A model generated the notes under the pieces. It ran no database searches. It was given only the letters and a program-made list of their open reading frames with translations, and was not told where the DNA came from. 64,000 bases of DNA from NCBI GenBank assembly GCA_029565675.1, contig JAKQNP010000046.1:107595-171594 (forward strand), read 5' to 3'. Positions within the stretch are counted from its first letter, which is position 1; each line of letters starts with the position of its first letter. Made by a program: the position numbers and the translations under genes. Shown here piece after piece: positions 36,218 to 46,491 of the stretch. The stretch is from a bacterium (GTDB taxonomy: Bacteria > Zhuqueibacterota > Zhuqueibacteria > Residuimicrobiales > Oceaniaggregativiventaceae).

Positions 36218-39200
36218 TTGTTCAAGCGAATCATTCAACTTTTGCTTTTGTTCACCTGGTTCGCATTGACCAGTCCGGCACTTGCTCAGGTCTGGCCGAT
36301 CGAGAGAGTGACCCCTGCCAATAACAGCATCGCCGTAGATCGCTCTTCTGCAGTAAGCGTTGCCTTTAGCGAGCCGATGGATGCTGCATCGATCGATTCA
36401 GCATCATTTTTCTTGTACGGCCAGAAAAGCGGCCGAATGACTGGTCGCGTTTTTTATCAAGGCGATACTCGCACGGCGCTATTTATCCCGACAAAATCCT
36501 TCTTGCCGGGCGATCAGATCACCGCAATCCTGAGCAACAAAATCCGCAGCGCCGGCGGGACCTCCATGAGTCTCGGCTATGTCTGGAATTTTACAGCTGA
36601 AGTGATTGCCGGTACTGCCTCATTCATCCCGCAATCCTTCTCTTTCGACCTGGAGATCTATTCCCTGACCACTGCAGACGCTGACCAGGATGGCCAAACC
36701 GATCTCATACTGACCGGCTCTGACGGCACAAACAGTGTCCTGCAAATCCGTTCGTATAAACAGGGCAACTGGATGACGCTTGCGAGCATGCCGATTCCGG
36801 CTCGCACGCGTCCGGTCATTGCTGCAGATCTAAATCGCGATGGATTTCCTGATTATGTTTTGGTGCACCGCGACACCACTTTATACAACTTGCGCAAATT
36901 AAGCACCTGCCTCAGCCGGGCTGATGGCACGCACTTTATTTCCCAAACCATCGAGATCACCCAGTCATTACTTGTCGAACCCCGCTATGTCACCATCAGC
37001 GACTGGAACGGTGACGGTTGGCTCGATATTGCCGTGGTCAAACGCGTTGATCTTTCAGTGAACGAGCCTGCGGCAATGGTCTATCTCAACCAGGGAGGAG
37101 GCCGGTTTGCCGCCGATCATCAGGCTGATCGCCTGTTCTGGAACGAAAAACTTGCAGAACGGATCACTGACGGCGATTTTGACAATGACGGTCTGATCGA
37201 TCTGGGCATCAGCCGCCAGGGCCGCACAAAAGCTCTGCAGCTGTTCCGCAATACAGGAAATGCACAATTCAACAACAACGCCGATTACAGCATCACCACC
37301 AATTATGGCAGCGACCTGGAAAATGTGGTCTCCGCTGATCTCAACAACGATGGCGGTCTCGATCTGCTGGTCGCAGATCGAGTCTCCAGCCGCTTGGTTT
37401 CCTATCTCAATCGCACAAAAAAAATTGGTTCAATCAGTTTTGACAGCGGTTCGATGGTGGTCGCATATGATTTGCCCACTGGACTCGATGTGGGTGATCT
37501 TGACGCCGACGACGATCTGGACGCCATCACATCCGGATATGACTCGACCGGTGTGAGCATCTTTACCAATATCGGCACCGGCCGTTTTACCTTGCAGCCC
37601 AGAATGGTTTTGTCACCCAATTCCCGCATGGTCGCGATTGCTGATCTCAACCATGACGGCGCACTCGACGCGGTCCTGGGACAAGACCATGGCAGAATAA
37701 CACTGCTGGTCAACAAGTCACAGATCAATGAACCGCCGCAACCGCCGATTCCGTTGCTTCCGCTCAGCGGTTCCTTTTCTTCCCAAGCCGATGTCTCGTT
37801 GGTTTGGCGTTCCGGAGGCGATGCCCAGAGCGACTTGCTCCACTTTATCGTCACCGTGCGCGGTTTGACTTCCGGTACACCCGCAGAAATCGTTGTCGAT
37901 TCTCGCCTTACTCCGGAACGTTTCACTCCGCAGTTGCCCTCCAACGACAACCAAATCGAATGGACCTTGGCTTATACTTTGCCAGCCGACGGCGACTATG
38001 TTTGGAGCGTCCGCGCTTGGGACGGCTATTTTTACAGCACCGCATCACCCTGGCACAATCTGCTGATCGATACCCGCGCTCCACGACAGATCTCTGCCAA
38101 ATTGCCGCAAGCCGTCTATCTCGATCGTTGGGTCAACACCGCCGCTCAGGAGTTGCAGCTCGACGTCATCTACAGCGAAGAACATCCCGATCGAGTGCAA
38201 TTGGAGATTCCATCTCGCTCTGCTATCTGGACCATTGATTCGCCGCCAGCAGGGGAATTGCAGACTGTTATCTTCAAAGTACCGGCAGGGCAATGGCCAG
38301 ACGCTCGATATGACTATACCGTCACGGTCAGCGATTCCGCCGGCAACCGCACAGATTATCATTCCTGGTTCGGCAGCGATAGCCACGCCCCGACTCAGAC
38401 GCTGGCGGCGGCTGTCACCGACAGTTCATCCGATCTCTTTTTTACTGTTTTCTGGCAAGGGGGCACCGATGGCAGCGGCAGCGGTTTGAGCGGTGAGACC
38501 GCAGTTCGTGTCCGCAAAAACGGCGGACCCTGGTTCGATTGGCTGGCCCGCATCGACCAGAGCAGCGCCACTTTCGAAGGCGAACAATATAGCGTTTATG
38601 ACTTTGAAGCAGCCTCCTACGACCAGGTTGGCCTGCTCGAGGCGTTCACCGGCATCGCTGAAACCTCGGTTTTTGTCGATACCACCCTGGACGATTCCAC
38701 GCCGCCCGCATCGCCGCTGGATCTGACAGCAAATGGCAGCAATCCCAGCCCGTGGCAGAGCGGCTCTACTTTTGCCATCAACTGGATCAATCCGGTCGAC
38801 GAAAGCGGCATTGCCCGCAGTTATCGCAAATTGGGAACTGCCCCGACTTTTGATGATGATTTTGATGCCGTCGGACCTGCCAGTGGTCCATTTTCCATTG
38901 ACTCTCGCATGGAGGGAGAACAACCTCTCTATCTTTGGCTTGAAGATGGCCGTGGCAACCGCGATTATAACCACAATGCCCGCGTCGGCTTGCGCCACGA
39001 TAGCACTCTGCCGATAGTGGATTCTCTGGTTTTCCGCGCTTCTCCTAATTGGATTGACAAGGAAGGCTTGATGTGGATCAATCCGCTTCGCATCGCCAAC
39101 CTCTTCGCCACGGTCTACTATTCCGAAAGCCATGCCAAACACGCCGAATTGCAGTCCGCTGCTTTGCCGACACCTCTGCTTATCTCAGAGCTGCCGTCCG

Positions 39201-42200
39201 GCTCGAATGTTCGTGTCGAATTCACCTTGCCGATTGCGGGTCTCGCTGATGGCCTCGCCGATTTTGCCGCCGTTGTCGTGGATTCTGCCGGCAACAGCAG
39301 TCAGCGCACTTCTCGGCTCGGCATCGACGCGACCCCGCCGCAAGGCTCGGTTGCTCAGGGACCTGATTTGAGCAACACTCTGCAATTCAAAATCACCTGG
39401 ACCCCCGGCAGCGATGGGGAGGGAAGCGGTTTAAGCGGCGGCTACGATGTTTTTGTGCGCAAGAATCAAGACAGCTGGACGCAGTGGCTGAACAATTATC
39501 GCGGCATGCAAGCTTCTTTCACTGGTGTGCACGGCAATCGCTATTCTTTCGAAGCCCTGGCTCGCGATCAGGTGGGCAATATCGAAACCCGCCTTGCCTT
39601 AGCCGAGGCTTCTGTGCTGGTCGACACCACTGCAGGCGATACCGAGCCGCCGCCTGCCCCCATCGATCTTAGCGCCAACGGCCAAATAGGCAAAAGCAAA
39701 TGGCAAAACACCAACCTGTTCACCGTTACCTGGATTGTGCCCTATGATCTCAGCGGAGTGGTGAAAAGCTATTATAAAATCGGCGCTCAACCCACCTCGG
39801 CCACCGACTATACCGACACCAACAGTGGAACAGGTCCGCTGCAAATCGAGGTCGCCCAACCCGGCGCAACCCCGCTCTATGTTTGGCTGGAAGACAAATG
39901 GGGAAACGTCGATTTTAACCGCTGGGCGCGGGTTTGGCTCCGTTTTGATCCACAGCCCCCGGTGATCCTCGAAATGCGCTATCTCAATCCGGGTTTCAGC
40001 ACTTATTGGTACAACCCAAAACAGATTGCCGATGCCGTCCTGCAGGTGCGCTATCAGGAAGCCTTTTGCGACAGCGCCGTCCTTACCTGCGAAGAACTCA
40101 ACATCCGGCAAAAGCTGAGCGATGTGGCCAGTGGCGATTCGGCAAAGGTTTCGTTGTCTTTTTCCATAACCGGCAAAAACGATGGCCGCTATACCGTTTG
40201 GATCGCACTGATTGACAGCGCCGGAAATCGCACCACCGGTTCGACATCCCTTTTCCTGGACAGCACTCCGCCGCAAGGAACCATCGCGAACAGCCCGGAT
40301 ACCAGTTCAACACTTTCCTTCAACGTCAATTGGAGTGGGGGAGGGGATGGCAACGGAGTCGGTTTATCAGGTCTTTATACCGTGCGGGTAAAAGAAAACA
40401 ATGGCACCTGGCAAAACTGGCTGGATCAATACCGGGGCACTTTTGCCGACTATACCAATGCCAGCCATGGTTCGCGCTATGCCTTTGAAGTCGGCGCCTA
40501 TGATCAATTGAACAATCGCGAAGTGCTGACCGGCACAGCGGAGTCGATAACCCTGGTCGATACCACAGCCGATGATCGTTCTGCACCACCGCCGCCGCTT
40601 TCACTTACCGCCAACGACAGAAATCCCAGCCCGTGGAGCAAAACGCCGCAGTTTGTCTTGCGGTGGCAGCTTCCCTATGATGAAAGCGGCATCAGTTCTG
40701 CCTACTATAAAATTGGCAGATTGCCGCAGTCGAACAGCGATTATGACGGCGAAGCCGCGGCTGCAGGACCGGCGAATGTCAAGGCAACCGCTGCTGGTGG
40801 TCAACCAGTCTATGTGTGGCTGCGCGACTCGCGCGGCAACCAGGATTTTCACAACACCGCTGACGTCAGCTTGCGGTATGATCCCAATCCTCCAGTTTTA
40901 CATGCCAGCAAATTCCTCAACCCCGGTGCCGATGCAGATTGGTTCAATCCGCGCACCCAGGAATTCGCCCAGCTGGAAATCAACTATTCGGACCGGTTTC
41001 TCGATACAGTAAAAGTGGTGTGCGAACCGCTCCAACTGCGGGTAATCCGCCTCGGCCTCCCTACCCAACTCAATTCCCGGGCTCAAATTCCGCTGCGCAT
41101 TCAGCAAGCCGCCGATGGCATCTATCCCTTCTCGATCGCCTTGCAGGACAGCGCCGGCAATGTGAGCGTCGCAACCGACACCTTGCGCCTTGACGGCACA
41201 CCGCCGACCGGCATCCAGGTTATTGCTCCGGATACCTCAGCTTACCGAACTTTTGTGATCAACTGGACCGCTGGAACCGATGGTCCTGGCGTCGGCATCA
41301 ATGGTCTGTATGATCTCCATTTTACCGACAACAACGGCGCATGGAAACTCTTCCAGGCGAACATCAACAGCCGGCAAGTTTCTTTCACCGGTGAGCATGG
41401 GCATATCTATGGTTTTCAGGTGTTGGGAAATGACCGCCTCGGCAACAAACAGGCTCTCACTATTGCACAGGCCAGGACGCGTGTCGATACCACATTGATC
41501 GATCTCTATGCACCGAGTGCGCCGCTGCAACTGGTCGCCAATGGACAAAGCCCCAGCCCCTGGGCCAAAGATAACCGTTTCACTCTGGAATGGGTCAATC
41601 CGAACGACCCCAGCCGCATCGCCCGCGCATTCTACAAACTGGGCGATCCGCCAGCCGCAGCAGAGGATACCACCGGCTCGGGAGAAGGACAACCACCGCT
41701 GGAAATTCGCAGCAACAATCCTTATGGCGAATGGTGTCATCTCTGGCTTCAGGATGGCAGCGGCAATGTCGACTTTAAGCATTACAGCCGTGTCCTGTTG
41801 CGCTATGATCCACAAAAACCGCAACTCGATAGCTTGCGTTGGCAGGCAAATGCCGTCGATCAGAAATGGTTCAACCCGCTGTTTATCTCATCGAGTGCGT
41901 TGGCCGTCTTCTATAACGAACCGCATCTGCAGCAGGTCAAACTCACTTCTGACTGGCTGTTCGATCCGCCGCTTATCTTGTCGCCCGGCGATGATGCACC
42001 GTTCATCTACACAATCGATTTCGACGGATTGCCAGACTCGAGTACCACCATCGAGGTTGCCTTGCTCGACAGCGCCGGCTGGGTGACCAACGGTTCGATC
42101 CAGTTTGCGCTCGATTCCCGGCCGCCTTCAGGCACCCTCGCCGTTTCGCCCGATACCACGGCATCCGGCGAGTTTCTGGTCCGCTGGGGACAAAGCGGAT

Positions 42201-45200
42201 CTGACGGCCTGGGCAGCGGCCTTTCGGGCATCTATGACGTGCGGGTGCGCATCGACAACGGTGACTGGCAATCGTGGAAGACCCGTTTCCGCGGTGAAAG
42301 CGCGCTCTACAGCGGCGAGCCTCCGCACCTCTATGCCTTCGAAGCCGCCGCTTATGATCGGGTTGGAAACCGTGAAACACTGACCGGTAAAGCAGAATCA
42401 CAGACTCTGATTGATCCCAATTTCGGCGATCAACAGGCTCCCGCCGCTCCCATCAATGTGGTTTTGAACGGCTTGTTGCCGAACGGCTGGACTGCCGCGG
42501 AATCGATCTCCATATCCTGGCAGAATCCTCCGGATCCCAGCGGTATCATGCGGCTCTGTTATGCTTTTTCCGAGCCACATGCAGAAAGCGATACAGCCGG
42601 AACGCTGCCCGCCCTTTCACCGGCCACGCTGCCGCTCCCGCTGGAAGGCATCTACCCTCTCTATCTCTGGCTCGAAGATGGAAGAGGCAATCGAGATTTT
42701 CGCAACAACATCATGCGGTGGATCAAATGCGACCGGACGCTGCCGGCTGTTCTGCAACATGAATTGTCCGGCGCCCAATGGCAAGAGAAATGGGTCAATT
42801 CCCTTAACACCACCCCGATCGCCGCCTGGTTTCGTATAGAAGAAAAATATCCCTTATTGGCGGCATTGACTTTTGGCGAGACCGGCGAATCACAAGAAAA
42901 AGCCGATTTTCCGCCTGGTGAGGAGAGCTGGACTCTGGAATTTCCTCTTGACCTCTCGCATCTCAAAGACGGCTGCTATAGCTTGATGTTGGCCTTGCAG
43001 GATAGCGCGGGCAATTCCGTCAGGGATACTCTGTTCTGTTGTGTCGATGCCACGCCGCCGTCAGGTTCGGTTGCGCAGTCGCCAGATACCAGTTTGACCG
43101 GACAATTCTCGATCACCTGGAGCGGCGCTTTTCAGGGATCTGACGGCGCCGGTTCAGGTCTGGACGGCCGTTATGATTTGCGCATCCGCATCGACCAGGG
43201 CGAATGGCAAACGCTGCGCGAAAAATATACCGGCACCACGGATCGCTATGTCGGTGTGCACGGCCACAATTATGCCTTCGAAGTAGCCGCCTGGGATCGC
43301 GTGGGCAATCGCGAACCGTTTTGGGGTGAGGCGGAAACCATCACCCGTGTCGATACGACCACCATAGACGTGCAACCGCCGCCCCCGCCGCGCGACCTGC
43401 TCGTCGACGGTCGCTCACCGTCGCCCTGGCAGTCCACGCCGATCTTTCTCGTCGACTGGCAAGAACCCGTCGATCCCAGCGGCATCGCAGCCGTCTATTT
43501 TAAACTGGGTGATGCTCCGGAATTCCACTTCGACACCACTGGGACCGCTCTGCCTCTCTCACCTCTGCGAGTCGCTGCACAACAAGAAAATGGCCAATGG
43601 CTGCATATCTGGCTGCGCGACCGGCGCGGCAATCTGGACTATACGAGGCGAGACAGCATTTACCTGCGCTACGATGCGACTCCACCGCGATGGACATCGA
43701 TCGCCTGGGTCGATCCACCCTTGCCTCCGGACGGATACAACCCCGACAAACAAAGCGAAGCAAAAGTGCGGTTGACCGCTGTCGAAGCCAATCCAGGCCG
43801 AGTTTTTCTGCGCCTGGACAATATGACTCTGCAATCCGCCTGGCAAGGATCCTCAAACAGCAACGAATTTCGTGTGCCGATTCAAATCCAGCCTGACGGA
43901 GCGCGTTGGCTCGTCTGTGAAATGTCCGATCTGGCCGGCAATATGAGTCTGGCCGATTCGGTGCGCATCCGCTTCGACAGCGTCGCCCCCCGCGTGGAAC
44001 TGCTGGTGCCGAGTGGGATCAGTGCAGGCAACCCTGTGCAGATTCAAGCGCATGTCCGTGAAGAAAATCCATTGCTCCTTAACCGGCTGCTCTATCGAAT
44101 GATCGGGCAGAGCAGCGGAAAAACAGTCGACTTTGCCCAAAAGAACGATTCGCTATGGACGGCGGTGATTCCCGCTGAGGCTGTCGCTGAACGCGGCCTT
44201 GCTGTTGTCGCCCAATTCAGCGACGGTTTGAATCAGACCCGTCTGCCTGCTGCTGACGCCGATCCGAATGAAATCCAGTTGCGGGTTGGCGTTGCAGGAG
44301 TCGGCAACAAAGGCTTGGCCTATCCGCACGCCTGGCCGGGCGGCACCGGAAAATCAGCCTATCGCATGATCTCCATGCCCCTGGAATTGTCGAATCCTTC
44401 GGTCGAAGCGGTTTTTGGCGATGATCTGGGCGAATATCAGAATGTCGTCTGGCGGTTGTTCCACTGGAATTCAGCCCGGCAAGAATTTATCGAATATCCG
44501 GAACTGCCGGATGTTGTGCCCGGACGCGCCTATTGGCTGATCACCCGCTCACAACCGCAGCAAATCACCAGCGGCCGCGGTCTGTCTGTCGACGCAGACC
44601 AGGGCTTTGTCGTCGAGTTGCACACCGGCTGGAACGACATCGGCCATCCCTATGCCTTTCCCGTTTCCTGGCGCGATATTTTGCTCGCCACTGCTGTCGA
44701 TACCCAGGCAATTATTGGACCCTATACCTATAACGGAGCATGGCTGTTACCGGATACGGATCAAAATCGCGCGGTGAGAGCCTGGAGCGGTTTCAGTATC
44801 TATACCGAACAGCCCGGGCTGTCGCTGGTTATTCCTCCCATCGAGTCGACTGATAGTGAAGCGGTCTCTTTGGGCAAAGAATCAGCCCATTCGCGTCAGA
44901 GATTCCAACTGCAGGCGAAACAGGGACTGGAAGGCGATTTCAGCAACTATTTCGGCTTTCGCAACGGATCCACACTCGGATACGATCGGACTTGTGATTT
45001 TGTCGAACCGCATCCCCTGGACGGCTCCTTGTGTCTCTATTTCGACAGACCGAATTGGCCGCTCGAAAACCGGCGCTTTGCCAGCGATTTTCGACCTCCT
45101 GCCGCAGGGGATACCTGGACATTTGCGGTTGCAACCAGGGATTTCGATCTGCCGGTGCAAATCTCCCTGCATGTCCTCAACAACGCGGAAAATCACCAGG

Positions 45201-45637
45201 TGGTGCTCATCGATTCCGTGCGCGGCAGGACAGTCTCGCTCAGCAGAGACTCTGTCTATACCTTTCGGCCAACACGCCGGGATTCGCTTCGCACTTTTCA
45301 AATTGTCCTCGGCACTGCGGAATATCTGCAAAAAAACAACGTCTCTGTTGATGTGCCGCAGAGCTTTGGCCTCGATCCGGTCTATCCCAATCCATTCAAT
45401 TCCTATACTGCCATGCCTTATCGAATCGCCAAGGAAGGGGAGATCACTTTGGCACTCTACAATACCGTAGGTCAACTCGTCCGCATCCTGGTGCAAGGGC
45501 ATTGCCATCCCGGCTATTATGAAGCCTTCTGGGATGGTCTGGACTCGCATGGCCGTCCGGTTGCCTCGGGTGTCTACTTTATTCGCTTGAATGCCAAAGA
45601 CTTTCAACAGACGAACAAACTTTTGCTGTTGAAATAG
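36218..45637 (+). CDS. Giant (3139 aa) T9SS-secreted surface protein: SbsA-like Ig domain, ~7-blade FG-GAP propeller, six ~310-aa tandem modules, T9SS C-terminal domain
   Basis: It has a TTG start with a GGAG RBS and a signal peptide MFKRIIQLLLLFTWFALTSPALA. FG-GAP loops include DADQDGQTDLIL and ADLNRDGFPDYVL. The C-terminus is VYPNPFNSYTAMPY...GEITLALYNTVGQLV...SGVYFIRL. Confidence 0.8.
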   Translation: MFKRIIQLLLLFTWFALTSPALAQVWPIERVTPANNSIAVDRSSAVSVAFSEPMDAASIDSASFFLYGQKSGRMTGRVFYQGDTRTALFIPTKSFLPGDQITAILSNKIRSAGGTSMSLGYVWNFTAEVIAGTASFIPQSFSFDLEIYSLTTADADQDGQTDLILTGSDGTNSVLQIRSYKQGNWMTLASMPIPARTRPVIAADLNRDGFPDYVLVHRDTTLYNLRKLSTCLSRADGTHFISQTIEITQSLLVEPRYVTISDWNGDGWLDIAVVKRVDLSVNEPAAMVYLNQGGGRFAADHQADRLFWNEKLAERITDGDFDNDGLIDLGISRQGRTKALQLFRNTGNAQFNNNADYSITTNYGSDLENVVSADLNNDGGLDLLVADRVSSRLVSYLNRTKKIGSISFDSGSMVVAYDLPTGLDVGDLDADDDLDAITSGYDSTGVSIFTNIGTGRFTLQPRMVLSPNSRMVAIADLNHDGALDAVLGQDHGRITLLVNKSQINEPPQPPIPLLPLSGSFSSQADVSLVWRSGGDAQSDLLHFIVTVRGLTSGTPAEIVVDSRLTPERFTPQLPSNDNQIEWTLAYTLPADGDYVWSVRAWDGYFYSTASPWHNLLIDTRAPRQISAKLPQAVYLDRWVNTAAQELQLDVIYSEEHPDRVQLEIPSRSAIWTIDSPPAGELQTVIFKVPAGQWPDARYDYTVTVSDSAGNRTDYHSWFGSDSHAPTQTLAAAVTDSSSDLFFTVFWQGGTDGSGSGLSGETAVRVRKNGGPWFDWLARIDQSSATFEGEQYSVYDFEAASYDQVGLLEAFTGIAETSVFVDTTLDDSTPPASPLDLTANGSNPSPWQSGSTFAINWINPVDESGIARSYRKLGTAPTFDDDFDAVGPASGPFSIDSRMEGEQPLYLWLEDGRGNRDYNHNARVGLRHDSTLPIVDSLVFRASPNWIDKEGLMWINPLRIANLFATVYYSESHAKHAELQSAALPTPLLISELPSGSNVRVEFTLPIAGLADGLADFAAVVVDSAGNSSQRTSRLGIDATPPQGSVAQGPDLSNTLQFKITWTPGSDGEGSGLSGGYDVFVRKNQDSWTQWLNNYRGMQASFTGVHGNRYSFEALARDQVGNIETRLALAEASVLVDTTAGDTEPPPAPIDLSANGQIGKSKWQNTNLFTVTWIVPYDLSGVVKSYYKIGAQPTSATDYTDTNSGTGPLQIEVAQPGATPLYVWLEDKWGNVDFNRWARVWLRFDPQPPVILEMRYLNPGFSTYWYNPKQIADAVLQVRYQEAFCDSAVLTCEELNIRQKLSDVASGDSAKVSLSFSITGKNDGRYTVWIALIDSAGNRTTGSTSLFLDSTPPQGTIANSPDTSSTLSFNVNWSGGGDGNGVGLSGLYTVRVKENNGTWQNWLDQYRGTFADYTNASHGSRYAFEVGAYDQLNNREVLTGTAESITLVDTTADDRSAPPPPLSLTANDRNPSPWSKTPQFVLRWQLPYDESGISSAYYKIGRLPQSNSDYDGEAAAAGPANVKATAAGGQPVYVWLRDSRGNQDFHNTADVSLRYDPNPPVLHASKFLNPGADADWFNPRTQEFAQLEINYSDRFLDTVKVVCEPLQLRVIRLGLPTQLNSRAQIPLRIQQAADGIYPFSIALQDSAGNVSVATDTLRLDGTPPTGIQVIAPDTSAYRTFVINWTAGTDGPGVGINGLYDLHFTDNNGAWKLFQANINSRQVSFTGEHGHIYGFQVLGNDRLGNKQALTIAQARTRVDTTLIDLYAPSAPLQLVANGQSPSPWAKDNRFTLEWVNPNDPSRIARAFYKLGDPPAAAEDTTGSGEGQPPLEIRSNNPYGEWCHLWLQDGSGNVDFKHYSRVLLRYDPQKPQLDSLRWQANAVDQKWFNPLFISSSALAVFYNEPHLQQVKLTSDWLFDPPLILSPGDDAPFIYTIDFDGLPDSSTTIEVALLDSAGWVTNGSIQFALDSRPPSGTLAVSPDTTASGEFLVRWGQSGSDGLGSGLSGIYDVRVRIDNGDWQSWKTRFRGESALYSGEPPHLYAFEAAAYDRVGNRETLTGKAESQTLIDPNFGDQQAPAAPINVVLNGLLPNGWTAAESISISWQNPPDPSGIMRLCYAFSEPHAESDTAGTLPALSPATLPLPLEGIYPLYLWLEDGRGNRDFRNNIMRWIKCDRTLPAVLQHELSGAQWQEKWVNSLNTTPIAAWFRIEEKYPLLAALTFGETGESQEKADFPPGEESWTLEFPLDLSHLKDGCYSLMLALQDSAGNSVRDTLFCCVDATPPSGSVAQSPDTSLTGQFSITWSGAFQGSDGAGSGLDGRYDLRIRIDQGEWQTLREKYTGTTDRYVGVHGHNYAFEVAAWDRVGNREPFWGEAETITRVDTTTIDVQPPPPPRDLLVDGRSPSPWQSTPIFLVDWQEPVDPSGIAAVYFKLGDAPEFHFDTTGTALPLSPLRVAAQQENGQWLHIWLRDRRGNLDYTRRDSIYLRYDATPPRWTSIAWVDPPLPPDGYNPDKQSEAKVRLTAVEANPGRVFLRLDNMTLQSAWQGSSNSNEFRVPIQIQPDGARWLVCEMSDLAGNMSLADSVRIRFDSVAPRVELLVPSGISAGNPVQIQAHVREENPLLLNRLLYRMIGQSSGKTVDFAQKNDSLWTAVIPAEAVAERGLAVVAQFSDGLNQTRLPAADADPNEIQLRVGVAGVGNKGLAYPHAWPGGTGKSAYRMISMPLELSNPSVEAVFGDDLGEYQNVVWRLFHWNSARQEFIEYPELPDVVPGRAYWLITRSQPQQITSGRGLSVDADQGFVVELHTGWNDIGHPYAFPVSWRDILLATAVDTQAIIGPYTYNGAWLLPDTDQNRAVRAWSGFSIYTEQPGLSLVIPPIESTDSEAVSLGKESAHSRQRFQLQAKQGLEGDFSNYFGFRNGSTLGYDRTCDFVEPHPLDGSLCLYFDRPNWPLENRRFASDFRPPAAGDTWTFAVATRDFDLPVQISLHVLNNAENHQVVLIDSVRGRTVSLSRDSVYTFRPTRRDSLRTFQIVLGTAEYLQKNNVSVDVPQSFGLDPVYPNPFNSYTAMPYRIAKEGEITLALYNTVGQLVRILVQGHCHPGYYEAFWDGLDSHGRPVASGVYFIRLNAKDFQQTNKLLLLK
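38468..43950 (+). repeat. Six in-frame tandem repeats of ~930 nt within the giant CDS
   Basis: Repeat starts lie at about 38468, 39421, 40348, 41284, 42207 and 43144. Each encodes G-SG-SG-YDV-VR---G-W--W...HG--Y-FE--A-D--GN-E...VDTT--D--PP-P--L-ANG--PSPW...SGI---YYK-G...LWL-D--GN-D...LRYD--PP. The repeats are conserved at protein level but diverged at DNA level. Confidence 0.7.
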
Positions 45638-45643
45638 CGAGGA

Positions 45644-46462
45644 TTGCCGAAAACAGAGAGAATAAAGAAGAAAATCAGATCAATACGACAGATGGGGCAA
45701 ATTGCGCTGATGCATAAAAATCAAAACAACCAGACATTTTTTCAACCGGCGTTGATCGCTTTGCTGATGTTGACTCTCGCGAATACCGTGTCAATTGCAC
45801 AGAACAACGAATCGATTTCTGCAACGATACAGACCGGTATGCGCGCTTTTTATGCCGCCCGATTCGATGATGCCATCACCATTCTGGTCCCGACATTGCA
45901 GAAAAAAGAGATCAGCGTTGACGAACAATATCTCGCCAATCTCTACATCGCCTTTTCCTTGATCCGCAAGGGCGAGAACGATTTGTTGGTCGCCCGCTAT
46001 CTGAAATCGGCCATCGAATTGCATCCTTACCAGGTGCCGGACCGCCAACGCATTCCGCCAGATCTGATCGAACGCTATGAGCATACCCGCAGCAATATCC
46101 TGGGATCTCTGCTGGTTTATTATCAGCCCATCGAAGCCCAGGTGATCCTGATGGATCCGCACTATGGACCGCAAGCCAACGATGGCTTTCCGGCCCGATT
46201 CGATCATCTCCCGCCGGGTGAATATGAGGTGATCGTCAGCCTTAGCGGATATAAAAATCGCCTGCAGCGGGTGCTGATCACCGCAGGTCAACAGGATTCA
46301 TTGGAGATTGAATTGACGCTGACGGCAAGGAATTGGAAAAAATGGGGTACCTGGGCTGGCGGCGCGGTTTTGTTTTCCGCCGTTTTGATCTCTCAACTTT
46401 TGGGAAGCGAAGAGGAACCCATTCCGGTCGGGGTGTTGCCGGAACCGCCAGGCCATCCCTGA
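45644..46462 (+). CDS. PEGA-domain membrane or secreted protein
   Basis: There is a hydrophobic N-terminal segment FFQPALIALLMLTLANTVSIAQ and a PEGA-like segment PPGEYEVIVSLSGYKNRLQRVLI. A C-terminal TM helix WAGGAVLFSAVLISQLL is present. The start is uncertain: TTG 45644, ATG 45698 or ATG 45716. Confidence 0.55.
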   Translation: MPKTERIKKKIRSIRQMGQIALMHKNQNNQTFFQPALIALLMLTLANTVSIAQNNESISATIQTGMRAFYAARFDDAITILVPTLQKKEISVDEQYLANLYIAFSLIRKGENDLLVARYLKSAIELHPYQVPDRQRIPPDLIERYEHTRSNILGSLLVYYQPIEAQVILMDPHYGPQANDGFPARFDHLPPGEYEVIVSLSGYKNRLQRVLITAGQQDSLEIELTLTARNWKKWGTWAGGAVLFSAVLISQLLGSEEEPIPVGVLPEPPGHP

Positions 46463-46491
46463 AAGAATAAAACAGGCCGAAAAGCACAGCC

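Noticed and set aside
38468-43950. ~935-nt periodic repeats considered as a possible CRISPR or mobile repeat array
   Set aside because: The repeats are in-frame protein modules. They are far too long and too divergent for CRISPR, there are no short identical direct repeats, and no cas genes.
38426-45607. Several 190-240-aa - strand ORFs (38426-39142, 39599-40276, 41237-41824, 44882-45607) inside the giant cargo gene
   Set aside because: They are antisense to a continuous 9.4-kb reading frame with conserved modules. Their composition is typical of spurious GC-rich frames.
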